A DNA stretch of 64,000 nucleotides from Rhynchobatus australiae (GCA_034780895.1 JAUZTB010000042.1:4088957-4152956); one strand, 5' to 3'; counted from the stretch's first letter, positions 37,558 to 50,018 are shown. Numbers and translations are program-made. Notes: a model not told the origin generated them from the sequence alone.

Positions 37558-37713
37558 ACCCAACAGTAGTAATAAAGATGCCTGGCCGTCATTACTGAGC
37601 ACAGCTAAAGCAGCCAACGGTCTAACACTCGAGCACAGGAAAACGCCTCCTTTACTTGATAATGGTTCAGATCCCGAGCACATGACCCCAGATGGTCCTG
37701 ACACAGAACTCAG
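37558..37713 (+). CDS. CNOT4: CNOT4 coding exon 7 (156-nt symmetric phase 2-2 exon)
   Basis: Strong acceptor attctttccccttacAG and donor CAG|GTCAGT. Open in the required phase: PNSSNKDAWPSLLSTAKAANGLTLEHRKTPPLLDNGSDPEHMTPDGPDTEL. CpGs are retained relative to the flanks. Confidence 0.85.
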
Positions 37714-39252
37714 GTCAGTGATTGGCTTTATTTCTCTCTTGGACTGAAAGAACCCCAACTGAACAGAGGGAGGCAATTTTTGTTTGCTTGCTCCTGTTCC
37801 CAGAGTTCTTGTGCACGATCAGTTCTTTGAGCACTTGGTGGTCGGTATCAGTGCAAACTATCCCTTTTGACCTCGTCACTCAACACTTCCAATAAGAGCT
37901 GAAAACTTTTATATCAAGAGGTATGCATTTTGTTATCAAAAGCACAATGCTAAACAGTTGTGGAAGATTAATTATCACTTTTGATAATGGCCGAAAGCTG
38001 ACTTGCAGCGTACAAATCTGATTTGATTTCATGTTCTTGAGATGGCATTAATCAAAGAAGACAAATGTATACCATTTCCTTCAAGACTACTATACCCTAC
38101 AAGTTCTGGAGCAAGCCAATCTGTCATCTTGAACTCCGACAATATATGGTCAGATTAAAAATACCACTTTTCTCTGACGAGAATTCTCTGCCAAACCTTG
38201 ATTCTCTTGATGGCTCAGTTGGTTATGCCAGAAAGATACACTAATTGGAATGTTCTTGGGTTTCATCCTTGGCTGATATCGCAACAAATCTGGACAGCTC
38301 TCAATTCTCCAAATTCTTGGAGCCATGGTGTCAGACCTGCTGTGAAGTTCATATGTGGATATGGACCAAGAATAGGAATTGGGATGTGGTCATTGTGGCA
38401 CTACATGACACAGCCTCCAAGAGCTCATATTTCCCACTTGAAAAGCAGCCATCTAATTGAGGTGCCAAAGAGCTGTCAGTGTTCTTGGATCAGTACCTCA
38501 CAAGGGCTCAAAAAGGCAGAAGGATCTCTTGAAGCAATTTTCTGTCTTCCTTTGAGCCCGCATGTCTTTCTGGCACACATCTCCTCCCTCTGCCACTTGC
38601 AGTCATCCTAGTGTGTCAGTTTTGCCCCCAGAGCTTCAAAACTAATATTGTATTTTTGCTTTGAGATTGCCAAGCCTGTTTATCTTGCATCTGTCAGTCA
38701 TTGCTCCTTTTCAGATTTGCTGTCTTCTGCGAAAAGAACTTCAATACTTCATGGCTGGGCAGTCACTGAAGCAATATGAACTTCATGCTTCGCCTTAATT
38801 ATTTTTTTGCTGCTTCCATGGGGCCAAAGCCACATTGGTGTTCAATTTCTTGTAGGCAGCCCTTCCTGGGTGACCATCTTTTCATATACGGGTCCACAAA
38901 GGAGGTATTAGTGGACATTATGCCCTTGCAACCCAACTATAAGCATGCAGACTTGTTTTGCATCACATCACATCATGTCACAGTGCACAACTGTCTGGAG
39001 TGAGGGCTGCAGCCTGTGATCACTGATCATTGCAGTGTTGCGTTTTGACACAGGCTAAGATTGTTTGATTTTAGCCCATAGAACGTAGCTTTGTCTGACT
39101 CAACTCACGCAGCTGCTGAAGTTTTTGGTCAAAGATTAGCCTCCACACTGCTGTGACTAACAATTTGCTGTCAATTTTACTGATATTTCTCAATGGCAGT
39201 ATTTATAATCATTGTTAAAATAATCTACCCTCAGGATCTCAATCACTATCTA

Positions 39253-39292
39253 TGAATTGGTCATCGAACTGAATTGGTCATCGAACTGAATT
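39253..39292 (+). repeat. Perfect 17-bp tandem duplication
   Basis: tgaattggtcatcgaac x2 plus tgaatt. Confidence 0.95.
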
Positions 39293-40369
39293 AAGCTGCT
39301 TTGGCATCAGTGCAATATGGTGTCTGGCTCCAACTCTACCTGAGTTACATTTAAGTAATATTTTGGGTTCCTTTCAGAGGTTAATGTTGCGCTGCACTTT
39401 ATGTTGTCGGTATAAGTTTGTGTGGAGGAGTTGTGAATGTCTCCAATTGCAAATGTCTGAAGAATAAATACTGTCTAACTAAATATTCTCTGTAATTAAG
39501 TCTCAGATTCCAGTTTCTTTAGATATCTTTGAGTTGAAGATGAATGAGTTTTGTGAAAAGGAGCAAAACTTGCACCATTCAGTGGATAAATTCTGCAATA
39601 GAAAACTTGAATTAAAATGGTCAGTCTCCATCCATAGAAGTCTTGCTGCCGAGTGTGATCAGTGGCACACTGCAACTGTCTGTCCTAAAAGTGTGGAGTA
39701 ACAGCACGTCTTTAAGCCATTGAGGCAAAATTAAAATAGCTAGTTTTTAACAAATTGGAATACCCAAAGTGCTGCTGAACTTTTAAACTGTCCTCTTCCT
39801 ACCAATTGTGAACTTTTGCATTTTCCATGCCAAATTGCAGAGCAGTCAGNNNNNNNNNNNNNNNNNNNNNNNNNNNNNNNNNNNNNNNNNNNNNNNNNNN
39901 NNNNNNNNNNNNNNNNNNNNNNNNNNNNNNNNNNNNNNNNNNNNNNNNNNNNNNNNNNNNNNNNNNNNNNNNNNNNNNNNNNNNNNNNNNNNNNNNNNNN
40001 NNNNNNNNNNNNNNNNNNNNNNNNNNNNNNNNNNNNNNNNNNNNNNNNNNNNNNNNNNNNNNNNNNNNNNNNNNNNNNNNNNNNNNNNNNNNNNNNNNNN
40101 NNNNNNNNNNNNNNNNNNNNCACTGTTGTTAGTTTTGTTGCTGCTTTTAACTTGCATAAAGAGCATGAGCATCATGGCACATTCTTGCTAATTTTCTATT
40201 TTACCTCTTTGATTTTGCTTTCTTAAATGTTGGTGGGATCCACTGTGAGCATTGTCCCCTCACTTGGCTGCTTGTTTCTTTTAAATAAGCTGGAGAAACT
40301 CAGCAGATTTGCACACCAAGGAAAACTGAGATCAGATTATCAATTTGTCACAATTTGTTTGTTTTGCAG

Positions 40370-40427
40370 ACAGGTGGATAAACCACCAGAAACACTCAGT
40401 CTAGGAAATGGTGATAATTTACAACAG
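40370..40427 (+). CDS. CNOT4: CNOT4 coding exon 8
   Basis: Acceptor tttgtttgttttgcAG. Encodes (R)QVDKPPETLSLGNGDNLQQ, resembling mammalian PIDKPSDSLSIGNGDNSQQ. Donor CAG|GTGAGC. 58 nt, phase 2-0. Confidence 0.95.
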
Positions 40428-43400
40428 GTGAGCTGCATTTGGGTTTTTGCATCAAATATTCCTTGTACCTTTTAAACCAGTAATTTTTTATTATCATTTG
40501 TTGTTGTTTAACCCACTTGAGTGCCCATCCCTTGAATGATTAATATAATCTAAGCATTGGAATATTATTTTGCTTGTCTAGGTGATGCCTTCAAACAAAG
40601 CAAGTTAATCTTCTCCACGCTCCCAGACAGAAAAAAGCAAAGACAAATTTAGAAACTTTTTTAGATCTTGCCTAATAAGAATTGATCTTGAACCACATGA
40701 GGATATCTGTATTGGATCAGTTGCAAGTATCTGGTGTTCATAAGTTGTCTTTCCAGTTCCTCTGTGGAGAAGATAATTTAATTCCTTGCCTGAATGGTCA
40801 AAAACGATTTCTAACCTGCAATTTGTTAAGCTGACAGTGATAGAACTTCCGGCCATTAGATTATCAGCCTCAGAGGTAATGTGTTAAAGTTGGAAATCAA
40901 AGGCACAATTACAAAAACAACTTCTATTCACTTTCTATAATTAGTGGAGAATTGGGCAAAAAGGTTACACTTAACAGTAAAAACAAATGTTAGAACATTT
41001 GTTTTAAACTAACAGATGTGAATAGTATTGAAATTTTAAGTATGTATAACCATAAAACAGTAATGGAAGTTACAAACATAATCTTTCTTTACAGTGCAAC
41101 AGTTAATAAATTAGGATCATTGTTCCACAATAAAACATTAGGTTCTTGAGATGCATAGAAAATAGTAAACGTGAAGAGTTTGAGATATCAAATAAGTGAA
41201 CCTCAAGTGATAGTCTAGAGGGAATCTGCAGGCACTCAATTCTGCCAACTTATGATGAGGCTAATTCACAGTAAGCAGCATGAGTGAGCAGAGCTAATTC
41301 AAAAGGAGAGCAAAAAAGTCTGAATTAATCAATGGTAAATTTGGAAGTATCTTTTTTTGTCAAAAGGTCTTGATTCAAAGCATGCTACTTACTTGTACTG
41401 GAGTACAGAACCGGCTTTGGATGCAGAAATTAAGGTAGAAGGATAGGAGAATTACTGCCCTTTGTCTTTTTTTGAAAGAAAATTGTCCTATCAGTTGTGC
41501 ATTGACTTTGTATTTTAGATATCTTTCATAGGTTGCAGCATAATAGCATTTTCCCCATTGTTGGACTGTGGACAACAGTAACAAGGTTGGCATTTAAGAT
41601 CTAGTCATAGTTGTTGATAGGATGTTGGTGTTCACAATGCTGCTATTTTGCCAAACTTCAACACAAGTTTTGAAGGTGGCCTCAAAATGCTGCCATGTAG
41701 TGTTGCAGAATTTTGACCTGGATGTAATGAAGGGATGATGTCCATGTAGTGTGTTCCTTGAAGCTGTTTTTTCCAAACCTGGCTCTTGCATACAACGGTC
41801 CTGGTGTGGATTTTGTCCTTTTTAGATGGTAAAAATGGTTGGTTTGGAAGTAGTTAGAAGTGTGTACAATTCTGTCCCATCAGTCATTGAGGGTAACCAA
41901 TGTTCAAATGTACGGTGTCAGAGATATTTGAGTTTATTCCTGAATAGATGAAAAATATTATCCAAGGCAGCAATGTTACTAGCACAGAGATGGTCCTCTG
42001 TGATGGGATGAAAGCTGCCAGAGGTTTGTGGTAATTGGAGTCTAAGGAAAAAAGTGATTGGCGCAAAAATGATTTGAATTGGGGGAGAAGTTTATGAAGT
42101 TTGAAAACAGTGTGTTTGAGATAATTTGATCATGGGAAGCAAAGTGGGATAGATGAAGGGGAGAGCTGTTGGGCATGTTTTAAAATGATTCTGATTGCAA
42201 ATTACTGGATGAGCTAGCATTTAGGATTGGCAAGACAGTGACTGCACTATTGCCCCCTCTGAATTTACAAAATAAACTAGTGTTATTGCAAGTGCTCAAG
42301 TCACCTAGGTGGGGTTACAGTAACAAAAAACTAAATATAGTTTTTCAAAATTTAAATGACAGCCTTTCTGCACCAATAGTTGGAATGATTATTTTGGTGA
42401 AATCTCTGAAACTGAGAACCACCACAATGAATTTTGCCCACGTTGACCTCCAGTCAAGCAAGGAAATGGTCCTGATTTTAAAAAGTTATGCATCGAAAAA
42501 TGCCAGTTGCTCAATGTGACATGGAAGAAGGATGGGATTTTGTCCCTCCAAAGCCACGTTGTTGCCTCAGCAATAGAGGTTTGTTGTATGTGAATACTGA
42601 GCAGGATGCACTTCATGCATTTGTTGGCTGTTCGACTTTGATCTGAATATGTGCTTTTGGATATTTTACCTGAAAACAGGTATAAAGTGGGCAACAAAGC
42701 AGCCTTAAAATGTAAGAAATTGGACGATAAATGCTGGAACATGCAACTTTGCATTGGGAATTATTTTTGTGGTAGAGGTCAAGGCTATAATGGGATGTAA
42801 CATACTCTTGCCCATTTATTAAGATCTTTTTATTTAAACAGCTTGAAAGTATAATGTATGTGGATTCATGAGTTATTTAAGTTTGAAGGTAACAGGTTAA
42901 GTGGTCCAAGTCATGTGAATTGGCATGAAAAGTCAACATAGAATAAATAGTGCAAATGCAATCTGGCACATTATCTTAATGGTGCAAGACAGCTGTAGAG
43001 GATTTCAAGATTTGGGGTGTTAACAGACATAGTAAAAGCTACAGCTCAGCTGAAATATTGGTCATTTGAAGAAAATGAAGGCATCAAGTTATGCTGGATA
43101 TGCAGCCTCAGTTGTAACCAATCTGTGTTTCGTTTTGGACCCTGCAGATCATTAATAATATGTTGGTCTTGGCAGATTTATGAGAATTATACCAGTGCTT
43201 GTGGTTAAATTATAAGTGGTTGTATAAAATTGTAATTCCCTTGAATTTTAGTAGTATTTGGGGTGAAGCACAAAAATATTCAGAAGCAAAGATTTTTCAA
43301 AAAATCCTCATTGAGGAATCCAGAGCAAGTGAGCACAATCAAAATTAAAACTTGGCCATTTAAGAATAAAGTGGATGGATTTTCAGTAGCAGAGATTGCA

Positions 43401-43821
43401 ACCTGATCTCTCATCTCGCTTGAAATTAAGAATTGTATGGTTAGTTTATTCAGTTAGAATGGTGGAGTAGATTGACCAACTTGTGTTCTTATTTAAGAAA
43501 ATAAGGTTATTGACCTTCTATGACATCCCAATATATTTATTTATATTTCAACTTGAGCTCATTGTATGGTGTAGATGGTTCAGTGTTGGGTCCATCTGAA
43601 CTGTATTTCTCACTTGGTATGCCAGTGATGATGGAAACATTTTAGTCAGTGGATTGTGCCTCGCCTGTAAAGTAAATACTAATATACCACNNNNNNNNNN
43701 NNNNNNNNNNNNNNNNNNNNNNNNNNNNNNNNNNNNNNNNNNNNNNNNNNNNNNNNNNNNNNNNNNNNNNNNNNNNNNNNNNNNNNNNNNAATACTAATA
43801 TACCACCGTGTCTGTTCACAG

Positions 43822-44074
43822 ATTCCTGCAAGTGAAACGCCATCACCACCGCCAGGTTTAACAAAACCCAACCCAGTTGTCCCAATTAGTTCATCCAATC
43901 ACAACGCACGGTCTCCTTTTGAGGGTGCTGCAGCAGAATCCCAGTCCCTGTTCTCAGACAACAGCAACTTCAGACACCCCAATCCTCTCCCAAACAGCCT
44001 GTTGTATCCCACTTCATCACCATCAACACACGACTGGCCAACAGCACCAGAACCACAGAGTCTCTTCACATCAG
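43822..44074 (+). CDS. CNOT4: CNOT4 coding exon 9 (low-complexity region with PPPGL motif)
   Basis: Acceptor gtctgttcacAG. Encodes IPASETPSPPPGLTKPNPVVPISSSNHNARSPFEG...DWPTAPEPQSLFTS. Donor CAG|GTATGT. 253 nt, phase 0-1. Confidence 0.97.
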
Positions 44075-44287
44075 GTATGTTCCTTTGGCAGTACATATTN
44101 NNNNNNNNNNNNNNNNNNNNNNNNNNNNNNNNNNNNNNNNNNNNNNNNNNNNNNNNNNNNNNNNNNNNNNNNNNNNNNNNNNNNNNNNNNNNNNNNNNNN
44201 NNNNNNNNNNNNNNNNNNNNNNNNNNNNNNNNNNNNNNNNNNNNNNNNNNNNNNNNNNNNNNNNNNNNNNNNNNNNNNNNNNNNNNN

Positions 44288-44357
44288 GAACTAATAATAA
44301 ATAATATCAAAGAGCTCTATAATAATCCAACCTCTAAAATAAGGATAAATGGTTATC
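44288..44357 (+). mobile_element. L1/Tx1-type RT scrap isolated between two gaps
   Basis: Translates to IKELYNNPTSKIRINGY, matching the L1-family I(K)xLYxxPxAxIxxNG segment that precedes the GxRQG motif. Confidence 0.7.
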
Positions 44358-45949
44358 NNNNNNNNNNNNNNNNNNNNNNNNNNNNNNNNNNNNNNNNNNN
44401 NNNNNNNNNNNNNNNNNNNNNNNNNNNNNNNNNNNNNNNNNNNNNNNNNNNNNNNNNGAAAAAGCCGAAGCAGTGTAAAAGTGTGCGCGTGACTTTGAAC
44501 TACATAATGGATGGTTAGATTGAAGTTGGGATAACTGAACTTGTGATACTGTGGTTAATGCGTGGAAGTTACCTGTTGCGTTCTTTCACCCAGTAATGCA
44601 CTGTTAATTTTATTTCCAATTATTATCTGTTAACTGCTGTGATTAAAGAAAGATCAGCAAATACATACAATACAAACTTTATTTATGCTGCACTTATTTT
44701 GCAGATGTACTTTATAAAATGAGGTCCAATCCAAGTTTACACCCATGCAGAGTTGCAGGTGAGCCAGTCGTATCTTAAAAAGGGCTTACTCTGCTAGCAC
44801 AGCTGACTTGTTACTGCGTTGATGCAGAATTAGGATGAGATTGCCTTGAGTTGCTGGCAACTAGAGTCAACATTGTAAAATTACTGCTAATACAAATTGT
44901 GCAACCAGTTCAAGAAATTCAGTGCTTGCATAGGAGATAACATGATAAACTGGATGCTCTGCTTGCAGTATATTAATCCTAAAGGCATGTTTTTCCCCAT
45001 ATCAGATTTCTACCAAAGCTGATGTCATTCATTTGACAATAGGTCATCGACCTGAAATAGTAACACTCTTTTTCTCTCCACAGACGNNNNNNNNNNNNNN
45101 NNNNNNNNNNNNNNNNNNNNNNNNNNNNNNNNNNNNNNNNNNNNNNNNNNNNNNNNNNNNNNNNNNNNNNNNNNNNNNNNNNNNNNNNNNNNNNNNNNNN
45201 NNNNNNNNNNNNNNNNNNNNNNNNNNNNNNNNNNNNNNNNNNNNNNNNNNNNNNNNNNNNNNNNNNNNNNNNNNNNNNNNNNNNNNNNNNNNNNNNNNNN
45301 NNNNNNNNNNNNNNNNNCCAAATTAACCTACCCAGACGCCTTTAGAATGTGGGACTATCTTAAGCTTTCGCAAGGCTATCATAAATACAACATTAAAATG
45401 CAGTCCGGAAGCATTGTCTTTGGGGCGCAGTATGAATATCATGGAAAGATTGTACCCAGCTACTTGTAGTTCAGTTTGTTGACTGAGTTAAATTGGCACT
45501 ATAATACCAAATATTAATAGTTTATGCAGAGGATTGCAAATTTGCTATGCTTTGGGAGAAGAGCAGTAGTTAAGGGAGGGTCTGGCTTGCACACGTCTGA
45601 AATATACGATCTTCAAGTTCCAGGTATAATTGCACCTGTGGTGAATGCTCCCTCTTTTAGAGATGTTGCAGACCCGTGGCTTGAGGAGTTGCATTTGTTC
45701 CAAAATGATTGGTTGCACTGACAGACTGGGTGTACGGAGCTTGGGATAAGGAATTAACCCAGGATTCAGTATCTATGATCAAAAGGAAAAAAAATTGTCG
45801 TAGAAGCAGATGATTGACCAGAACAATTTAATTCGGTTGTTATGCTCTGGGTGAACTTGATCCCACTTCTCATTTCGTCTCTCGATTCTGCTCTCCATCT
45901 CCTGGAGTTTATATTGTGTACCTAGACTATTTGCTTCAGCCACTCAATG

Positions 45950-46310
45950 TAATGATCTGTTTCCTATTCTTGCCACTCTCCACGTAAGGAACTTGGCTGT
46001 GATTTCCTCAGTGGCTTTAATAATGGCTATCCTTTGATTATGTGCTCTGCTACCTGGTATTTAAAAAAAATATATATATTTTCAAGCATGTAACAGATTA
46101 TCTCTTATCCTTGAGCTTAAGCTTATTCAGTGCTTTTACTTATGCTCATAACTGCTCATTTCTCTTGTTCTTCAATTACTCTTGCTCTGTTTGTAACCAT
46201 AGTCTCCATTGTCCACCTCTACCCTACGAAAGTGATTCTACTACAGAGGTCCTTGTGCATGGTTTTGCTTATTCCAGATCCAGTATCTGGAATTGTCTTC
46301 TGAATTTCAT
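45950..46310 (+). mobile_element. Possible L2 LINE relic
   Basis: TTEVLVHGFAYSRSSIWNCLL resembles the L2 motif AExLxHAFxxSRLDYCNxLL. Confidence 0.45.
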
Positions 46311-46429
46311 TATCTTAATCAGCCATTTTCTCTAACTGCAGCTTCCTGAACTCAATTCCAAAGAACATGCAAAATAGAAACTGGAGCAGGGCATTCATAA
46401 CTTTACATTTGATCATTTAATATTAATTT

Positions 46430-47620
46430 ATTTAATAAGCTCATAGCTGTTTTTCTTTTGCTCAACTTTCCCCAATTTTGTTTCCAAGAATATAACTCCA
46501 GAATGGGCATAGTGAAAACCTGAGTATTTGCAGGTCTGAGGTAGAGAATTACAAAGACAAGCCTCTGAATGAAGGTTTTTATCGCTCGTGTCTGATGTCA
46601 GAATCCTGTGTTGACCCCTCTCCTCCCACACTGGAGAAAACATCATCCCAGTACTTTGAATGAGATCCACTCATTGGTCTGAACTCAGAGTAAAGAACTT
46701 AAAGGAAATCAATCCAATGGAAACTTTGTTATCTCTGTAAAGCTGATATATGAACAGATTTTCCTGATGTGATCTTACCAAGGTCCAGTGTTGTGGCAAT
46801 AACTGCCAAAATCTTTGCAATAAAAGCTAGTTTATTTCCTAATTTTCTTAATTGCTTCCTATACCAGAGTATGAATTTTGTATTTGAGCATGAGCACAAG
46901 TATACCCACATTCCTCTACCACTGTTCCCAACTTAATTTAAACATTTTTCCTACCAAATTGATTTTTTTCCACGGTCTGCATTTTCATCCACTCATTTCT
47001 TAATTTGCAGCTTGTGCACTTTCCACAGAACCTAATTTAATAATTATTTCAGGTAAACTTTGTTTTAAGTTTACTCTGCAAGTCGATGCAATAAATGATT
47101 GGAGCCCAAGTGTTGATCCCTACAGTAACCCATTTGTTGCAAGCATTTGGTGCACACATGACCTCTTTTGTCCTTGAACACTGTGAATCCTAATTCTGTA
47201 GCACTTTTTAATTTGCCTCTTAAAAAAAATCCAAATAACTACATTCACTGATTTTCCCCCTTAACTAATCTGACCGTTGCATTGCCAAAACACTATTTTG
47301 CTTTCACATCCATTTTTAAATGGTTCAATAATTTTTTTTTGTTGTTGCCACTTTCCAGTTAATAACCACTACTATTTTCTTCAAGCTGGTCAAGATAACT
47401 GGCCTACAGTTCCCAGCTTTCCTTCTCCAATTGCAGTTGGGTTTGTTTCCTTCTAATTTGCAGGGGCCATTTGATATTGTAGGGAATTGTGGAAGGTCAA
47501 AAGCAATGCATCCACTTTATCTCCAGCCTCTTGTTCAAACCCTAGGATGTAGTCCATCAAGACTGGAGGATATGTGGGCTTTCTGCTGACTAATTTTTCA
47601 GGTCAATTCTTTTCACTAGC
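46430..47620 (-). mobile_element. Old CR1-type LINE fragments
   Basis: ggagcccaagtgttgatccctacagtaaccc (reverse of GxPQGSxLG), aactggcctacagttcc (reverse of NYRPV), aaccctaggatgtagtccatcaagactgg. Confidence 0.65.
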
Positions 47621-47664
47621 CACGGGTTTTCTAAAATTTCAGGAACGCTTCCTCATATTTAAAG

Positions 47665-47850
47665 TGCAGATTGGTAGGTTAATTGGCCCCTGTAAATTAC
47701 CCTGGTGTGCAGGTGAGTGGTAGAATCTGGGGGGAGTTAATGAAAATGTGAAGGAAAAATAAGGATGGGATTAGTGTAAATGAGTGCTTAATGGTTGATT
47801 TAAAAAAAAACTTGGTGAGCCAAGGAGCCTGGTTCTGTGCTCTACCACTC
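47665..47850 (+). mobile_element. V-SINE 3' half
   Basis: ggtaggttaattggcccctgtaaattaccc...ggtgagccaaggagcctggttctgtgctct tail. Confidence 0.7.
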
Positions 47851-47885
47851 AATGCACCNNNNNNNNNNTTAATTAGCAAGTTAGT

Positions 47886-47933
47886 AACAGGCTCTCTCAA
47901 ATCTAGTACATACTAGATTTAAGAGAGCCTGTT
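47886..47933. repeat. Near-perfect 23-bp inverted repeat (hairpin)
   Basis: aacaggctctctcaaatctagta-ca-tactagatttaagagagcctgtt, 22/23 paired. Confidence 0.95.
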
Positions 47934-48499
47934 CCCTTGACATTCTGAGAAAGAAAACTACTGTGAATGTATTTTAGTGACTCATCTCCCATGCAGTTAC
48001 TGGAAATCTGATTGGATCAGTTTATAAAACCACCCTCCTTGGCTGAGTATAGAAAATCTCCCTGACAATTCTCCACGTCTCACGCAAGATTAAAAGCCAC
48101 TTGTGTTCCTGACTGGCTCTGCATGTTTTATCTGTTTTATTTGTGAAGATCCTTGGGATTATTGTCCACTTTGGCAGGAAAAATAAAATGGAAGTATATT
48201 ACGTGAGCGATCAGTGAGCTGCATAGGGATCTGGGTGAGTTGGTACATGTACGTAGATACAGCAAGTAATTACAAAAAGTAACAACGTCATTTATTGTTA
48301 GGAGATTTGAATCGGTCTGAAGTGGAGAATTGTTCTGATGACATTGAATAATTCCACACTACTTGTGGATGAGGAAAAAAAAATCACTCAACTGGCAGCA
48401 TTAAAAGAAATGTAGTCATTCCTCTACGTTGCTGTATGTAGAACATAGACTACTGCATTTTGCAGTTTTTTCTTTTTACAACATTGGAGGCCATTGCTC

Positions 48500-48775
48500 A
48501 GGGCATCACCATCAGGCCCATTCACCTGATAATTTCCCTGTAACCTGTTCTCTCCCACATATCCATCAACTCCCCTTGGTACTCCTGCCACCCACCTGTA
48601 CCAGGGGACTTCGCAGTTGCCAATTAACCCTCCTTTAAGATGTGGAAAGAAACCAGAGCATTCAGAGGAAACCCAATTTGAAAACGTGGACACTCACACA
48701 ACAGCACGAGGTCAAGATCAAATACAGGTCCCTGAAGCTATCAGGCAGGGCATTAACTGCTGTGCCGCTTGACCA
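48500..48775 (-). mobile_element. V-SINE
   Basis: gatgtggaaagaaaccagagcattcagaggaaaccca is the reverse complement of the SINE core. Confidence 0.75.
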
Positions 48776-50018
48776 CAATATTAATCTGATCACTTCAGAA
48801 GTTGTACACTTTAGACTCAAAACTGTTGAAGGGACTTGAAAGGTGCTTAAATGCTTTTTGTATTCTTTCAAACTATTCACCTCTCTCGTGCTCTGCCTTG
48901 GATTTTCACCCTTTACCCCTTCTTTCTCTCGCCCCTCTCTTTCTTCCCCCCCTCCCCCATCGCTGCACTCCAAGCTGCTGATAGCTGCTGAAACCCATAA
49001 TATCACAATGTGAATCTCCTTACAGAGTAGCTGTGGAGACAAAGTTTTGTGCTTTTTGTGAACTTTTTGATNNNNNNNNNNNNNNNNNNNNNNNNNNNNN
49101 NNNNNNNNNNNNNNNNNNNNNNNNNNNNNNNNNNNNNNNNNNNNNNNNNNNNNNNNNNNNNNNNNNNNNNNTGCTTTTTGTGACCTTTTGGATATTCTAT
49201 TGTGTGAACAAGATAGTTTTTAGATATACCATCTGCTGTCAAAAAACAGTTGAAACTATTTTAAGTTTACTTGGTAACCTCAGTGCGTTTTCAACCACTC
49301 TACATTAAGAGTAATGCATAAGGTAACAAAGAAATAGGTAGCTCTCACTTGATAAAGAATCCAAGATTAAATGGCTTGCCTTGTGCACAGTCTCCCACTC
49401 CTCTGTGGCTGAACTGATAGGTTTCAAATTTATTGACAGCTTTTGGCTGATGGCACAACTCATAAATGCCCTTCATTGGCTGCAGACTCGCTCTCAATAT
49501 TTCAAACAGCTTTTAATGGAACATTACTTCAGGCTGACCTATATCATTTTATATTGCAACTGATGCCTGGAGCACCCCATGCAGACCATGAAACACTCGA
49601 CAGCAGGTGCTTCAACGTGGATCCAATTAAATCATTGTCACACATTCATTCATATCTTTTTAAAGTTAGCATATTTGACTTGAAGGATACAGAAGTCTGT
49701 TGGCAAGGCAGTTACCACTCTAGATAATTGTGTATGTGAAATCTGAATCTCATATCGTCCCAAGAGCTAGTGGCTTTCTGACCTGCACTGTATGACTTTG
49801 TTGACCATTTTGTCAATGGCTGCCAAAATAAGTATGTTTAAAGACTACCAAAAATGTGTTGTGATTGTGCTCTCAGTTCCCGCGGGGGGGCGAGGGGGGG
49901 GGGGTGGTTTGGCACATCNNNNNNNNNNNNNNNNNNNNNNNNNNNNNNNNNNNNNNNNNNNNNNNNNNNNNNNNNNNNNNNNNNNNNNNNNNNNNNNNNN
50001 NNNNNNNNNNNNNNNNNN

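Noticed and set aside
38400-39130. Possible minus-strand RTE relic
   Set aside because: Only faint motif resemblance (ggaagacagaaaattgcttcaagag), too decayed to call without alignment.
40370-40373. Second AG 4 nt downstream of the acceptor (also at 30073)
   Set aside because: Its use would shift the frame. The upstream AG gives the conserved peptide.
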